From a virus (taxonomy: Duplodnaviria; Caudoviricetes), in the IMG/VR virus record IMGVR_UViG_3300020352_000036, positions 1 to 24,696 of that record: a stretch of 24,696 bases of DNA; one strand, written 5' to 3'. The notes under the pieces were generated by a model. That model ran no database searches. It was not told the DNA's origin and saw nothing but the letters and a program-made list of their open reading frames with translations. This document shows, piece after piece, positions 23,441-24,696 of the stretch. Numbering within the stretch: the first letter of the stretch is position 1; every line of letters starts with the position of its first letter. The translations under genes and the position numbers were made by a program.

Positions 23441-24616
23441 CTATGTAAATTGTATATTTCCTGTACCCGCGGTAAAAATAGTTACCTTATCTGACCCCAC
23501 TACTGATGTAGTAGATGTTAGTCCTCCTGGTATTGTAATAGACCTGCTGCTTGGGTAGCGCAAGATTACTACTCCTGTACCGCCTTGTCCTCCAATATAA
23601 GACGCGCCTGTACCATTTCCACCACCACCGCCGCCGCCAGTATTAGCTGTTCCATTTCCACCTGCTCCAGGACTAGCCGCGGATTGGCCGCCACCACCGG
23701 GAGGTGTACCGAGGGTTCTTCCGCCTCCACCTGCATAGCTCACAGTTGATCCTGTTATATCAATATTTATTCCGTTACCACCTATTCCTAAAGATCCACT
23801 GCTCCAAGAACCGGCGCTTCCAGCACCACCTCCACCAGCACCAGGGCCAGCAACAGTAACTGCTCCTCCGCCAAAACCTTGATTTGCGGTACCAGAACCA
23901 GGACCACCATTAGTACTATAAGCCTGACCAGCACCTGAACCACCTGATCCAGAAGCTGCAGAAGTGCTCCAGTTCCTTGCTGCACCACCACCTGCTGTGG
24001 TTATCGTGCCAAACTGAGAAGTACCACCCGTGCCTGCCATGTATCCACTATTGTTTGCTGCACCACCACCACCTGCTCCTATAGTTACAGTGTAGTTAGT
24101 TCCGGTAGCTAAAGCTATTGGATTTTCAGCACTATTACCACCACCGGATAAAGATCCCCATGATGTTCTTAAGCCACCTGCGCCTCCACCAGCTTGTGGT
24201 GAGCCTCCATAACCGCTGGATCCGCCACCGCCACCTGCTACAACTAAAAAGTGTATGTTTTCTTGTGCTGGTAGTAGATTGTTTCCATTCCAGCCCTGTG
24301 TATCATCTTGATAAATTAATCTTACCGTTGTATCTTTAGTACTGCAACTGTAGTCAGATTCTACACCTTGTATTTTTTGACTTCCGTTTGGTGTAAAGTT
24401 TATAGAGCTAGCATCAAAAGTACCTGAATAATCTTGAAATGTTATTTCGTCCCCTTGAGTTCCCGCAGGTAGAGTTACCGTCACAGATCCAGATGTAGTA
24501 TTAACAAAGTAACCTTCTCCATTAGTTGCATTAAAATCAGCAGTCTTTATGTCAGCTTGCCAATCTGCACCTAATGATACGTCTAACACATCTGCTGTTA
24601 CTTTTGTTAATGCCAT
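23441..24616 (-). CDS. Glycine-rich fibre/adhesin protein
   Basis: 391 aa. N-terminal GYFVNTT..VTLP..GDEI..LIYQDDTQGW domain, then a Gly-rich domain bounded by LVVAGGGGG and GGTGVVILRYP. Confidence 0.8.
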   Translation of the reverse strand: MALTKVTADVLDVSLGADWQADIKTADFNATNGEGYFVNTTSGSVTVTLPAGTQGDEITFQDYSGTFDASSINFTPNGSQKIQGVESDYSCSTKDTTVRLIYQDDTQGWNGNNLLPAQENIHFLVVAGGGGGSSGYGGSPQAGGGAGGLRTSWGSLSGGGNSAENPIALATGTNYTVTIGAGGGGAANNSGYMAGTGGTSQFGTITTAGGGAARNWSTSAASGSGGSGAGQAYSTNGGPGSGTANQGFGGGAVTVAGPGAGGGGAGSAGSWSSGSLGIGGNGINIDITGSTVSYAGGGGRTLGTPPGGGGQSAASPGAGGNGTANTGGGGGGGNGTGASYIGGQGGTGVVILRYPSSRSITIPGGLTSTTSVVGSDKVTIFTAGTGNIQFT

Positions 24617-24617
24617 T

Positions 24618-24696
24618 TTATTTCTTCTTTAGTTCCTTATAAGCTGCATCTCTGTCATCAAAGTCCAATGCTGCTTTAAGAATAATCTTATCCATT
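24618..24696 (-). CDS. C-terminal end of an upstream protein (5' truncated)
   Basis: ...MDKIILKAALDFDDRDAAYKELKKK*, with the stop 1 nt before the next ATG. Confidence 0.6.
   Translation of the reverse strand, partial: MDKIILKAALDFDDRDAAYKELKKK

Noticed and set aside
1825-23991. Short same-strand alternative-frame ORFs (1825..2031, 6312..6587, 14205..14426, 14950..15141, 23788..23991)
   Set aside because: They are short, show the M/I/L/V/Q-rich composition expected from frame-shifting AT-rich or Gly-rich codons, and lack the signal-peptide and codon-anomaly support seen for 6618..7319. 6312..6587 shares that frame but is separated from it by two stops.
1309-24339. All plus-strand ORFs in the track (e.g. 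1309..1632, 16072..16584, 18478..18927, 21102..21416)
   Set aside because: They are antisense shadows of well-supported minus-strand genes, with no recognisable motifs and no independent plus-strand gene layout.
327-24616. Stop-codon reassignment as in some crAss-like phages
   Set aside because: All expected genes are full length under the standard code, and TAA, TAG and TGA all act as stops at coupled gene junctions.
1-24696. tRNA genes, integrase/att sites, IS elements, DGR components
   Set aside because: The largest intergenic gap is about 55 nt, and no cloverleaf, recombinase, transposase or reverse transcriptase is visible.

Overview
This window is the virion/morphogenesis region of an AT-rich tailed dsDNA phage, most likely infecting a Bacteroidota (Flavobacteriia) host. 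The large MCP/scaffold/portal/TerL set is of the Cellulophaga phi38:1 / crAss-related type, and starts are A/T-rich without Shine-Dalgarno motifs. All supported genes are on the minus strand and tightly coupled (TAATG/ATGA overlaps). In transcription order (right to left): Gly-rich fibre and partner, five small basic proteins, groEL, groES, a putative wHTH protein, a chain of modular fibre proteins, a Ser/Thr-repeat Hint-domain protein, a second Ser/Thr-repeat protein, a Twitch/SPASM radical SAM enzyme, a GT-B glycosyltransferase-like protein, a lysis cassette, a tandem GroES-like protein, putative TerS, TerL, portal, scaffold, major capsid protein and a terminator. Three signals stand out. 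(1) A four-gene cassette (repeat substrate-like proteins + Hint + radical SAM + glycosyltransferase) that looks like a phage-encoded protein-modification system. (2) A 233-aa lipoprotein-like ORF overprinted in the +1 frame of terL, coinciding with a GC/codon anomaly. (3) An apparent plug-and-socket grammar among the fibre genes. All family calls come from motif recognition by eye; no database search was run.
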